Shown: positions 19,625-20,000 of the stretch, piece by piece
Layout of the letters: each line of letters starts with the position of its first letter
Numbering within the stretch: the stretch's first letter is position 1
The notes under the pieces: model-generated
Seen by the model: only the letters and a program-made list of their open reading frames with translations
Databases searched by the model: none
What the model was told of the DNA's origin: nothing
NCBI RefSeq assembly: GCF_004010195.1
Contig: NC_057753.1
Coordinates: 6,898,647-6,918,646 of the forward strand
DNA: 20,000 bases
Source: Chiloscyllium plagiosum
Taxonomy: Eukaryota
Reading direction: 5' to 3'
Translations under genes and position numbers: made by a program

Positions 19625-20000
19625 GGATTTTGAATCAGCGGTGCTGGAAGAGCACAGCAATTCAGGCAGCATCCAATGAGCAGCGAAATCGACGTTTCGG
19701 GCAAAAGCCCTACATCAGGAATAAAGGCAGAGAGCCTGAAGCATGGAGACTACTGCCGTGTCTGCCACCATTTCCGCCACCACCAGCGCCACTCACCTGC
19801 ATTCTGCTGACACGCCCCCCACAGACCCCACTGTCACTATCCCCACCCCCCAGAACCCCGAGGGGAACACTACCCCTGCTCATGCCTCCACCACCATTGC
19901 CCCCACCATCACACCCATTCCAGGTACTGGCTCCGACCCCACTCCCAGCTCCACACCCACACCAGATCCCAGCTCCCAGCCCTGCCGAGTTTTCACCATC
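19625..20000. mobile_element. PLE family B inverted pLTR (minus, 19625-~19748) joined to a probable Penelope ORF segment running off the window
   Basis: Minus-strand hammerhead variant CTGATGT-a-gggc-tttt-gccc-GAAACGTC at 19687-19722; plus-strand open frame 19743-20000 is Thr/Pro-rich and ends PCRVFTI, recalled as preceding the conserved PLE N-terminal motif. Confidence 0.7.

Overview
This is vertebrate genomic DNA, most likely from an elasmobranch (shark); that call is inferred from an HE1/V-SINE, CR1 LINE 3' ends with (GACTCTAT)/(GTTCTAT)-type tails and the style of the zinc-finger gene. The one apparently intact gene is a 13-finger C2H2 zinc-finger gene (+, 7195-8316) with no recognisable effector domain. 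Upstream lie a CpG-rich YY1/NRF1/ZNF143-type promoter region, part of it duplicated, and an orphan, degenerate MCM7 exon (239-388). Most of the rest is nested transposon debris: many CR1 and L2 pieces, a Gypsy element with the Gmr1-type order integrase-RT-RNaseH, and three families of Penelope-like elements (PLEs). The most striking signal is about ten minimal type-I hammerhead ribozyme motifs or remnants on both strands, carried in PLE terminal repeats. These repeats are repeatedly arranged as inverted pairs, including a ~330 bp ORF-less foldback element with a hammerhead remnant in each polarity. All family assignments are from recalled motifs, not database searches.
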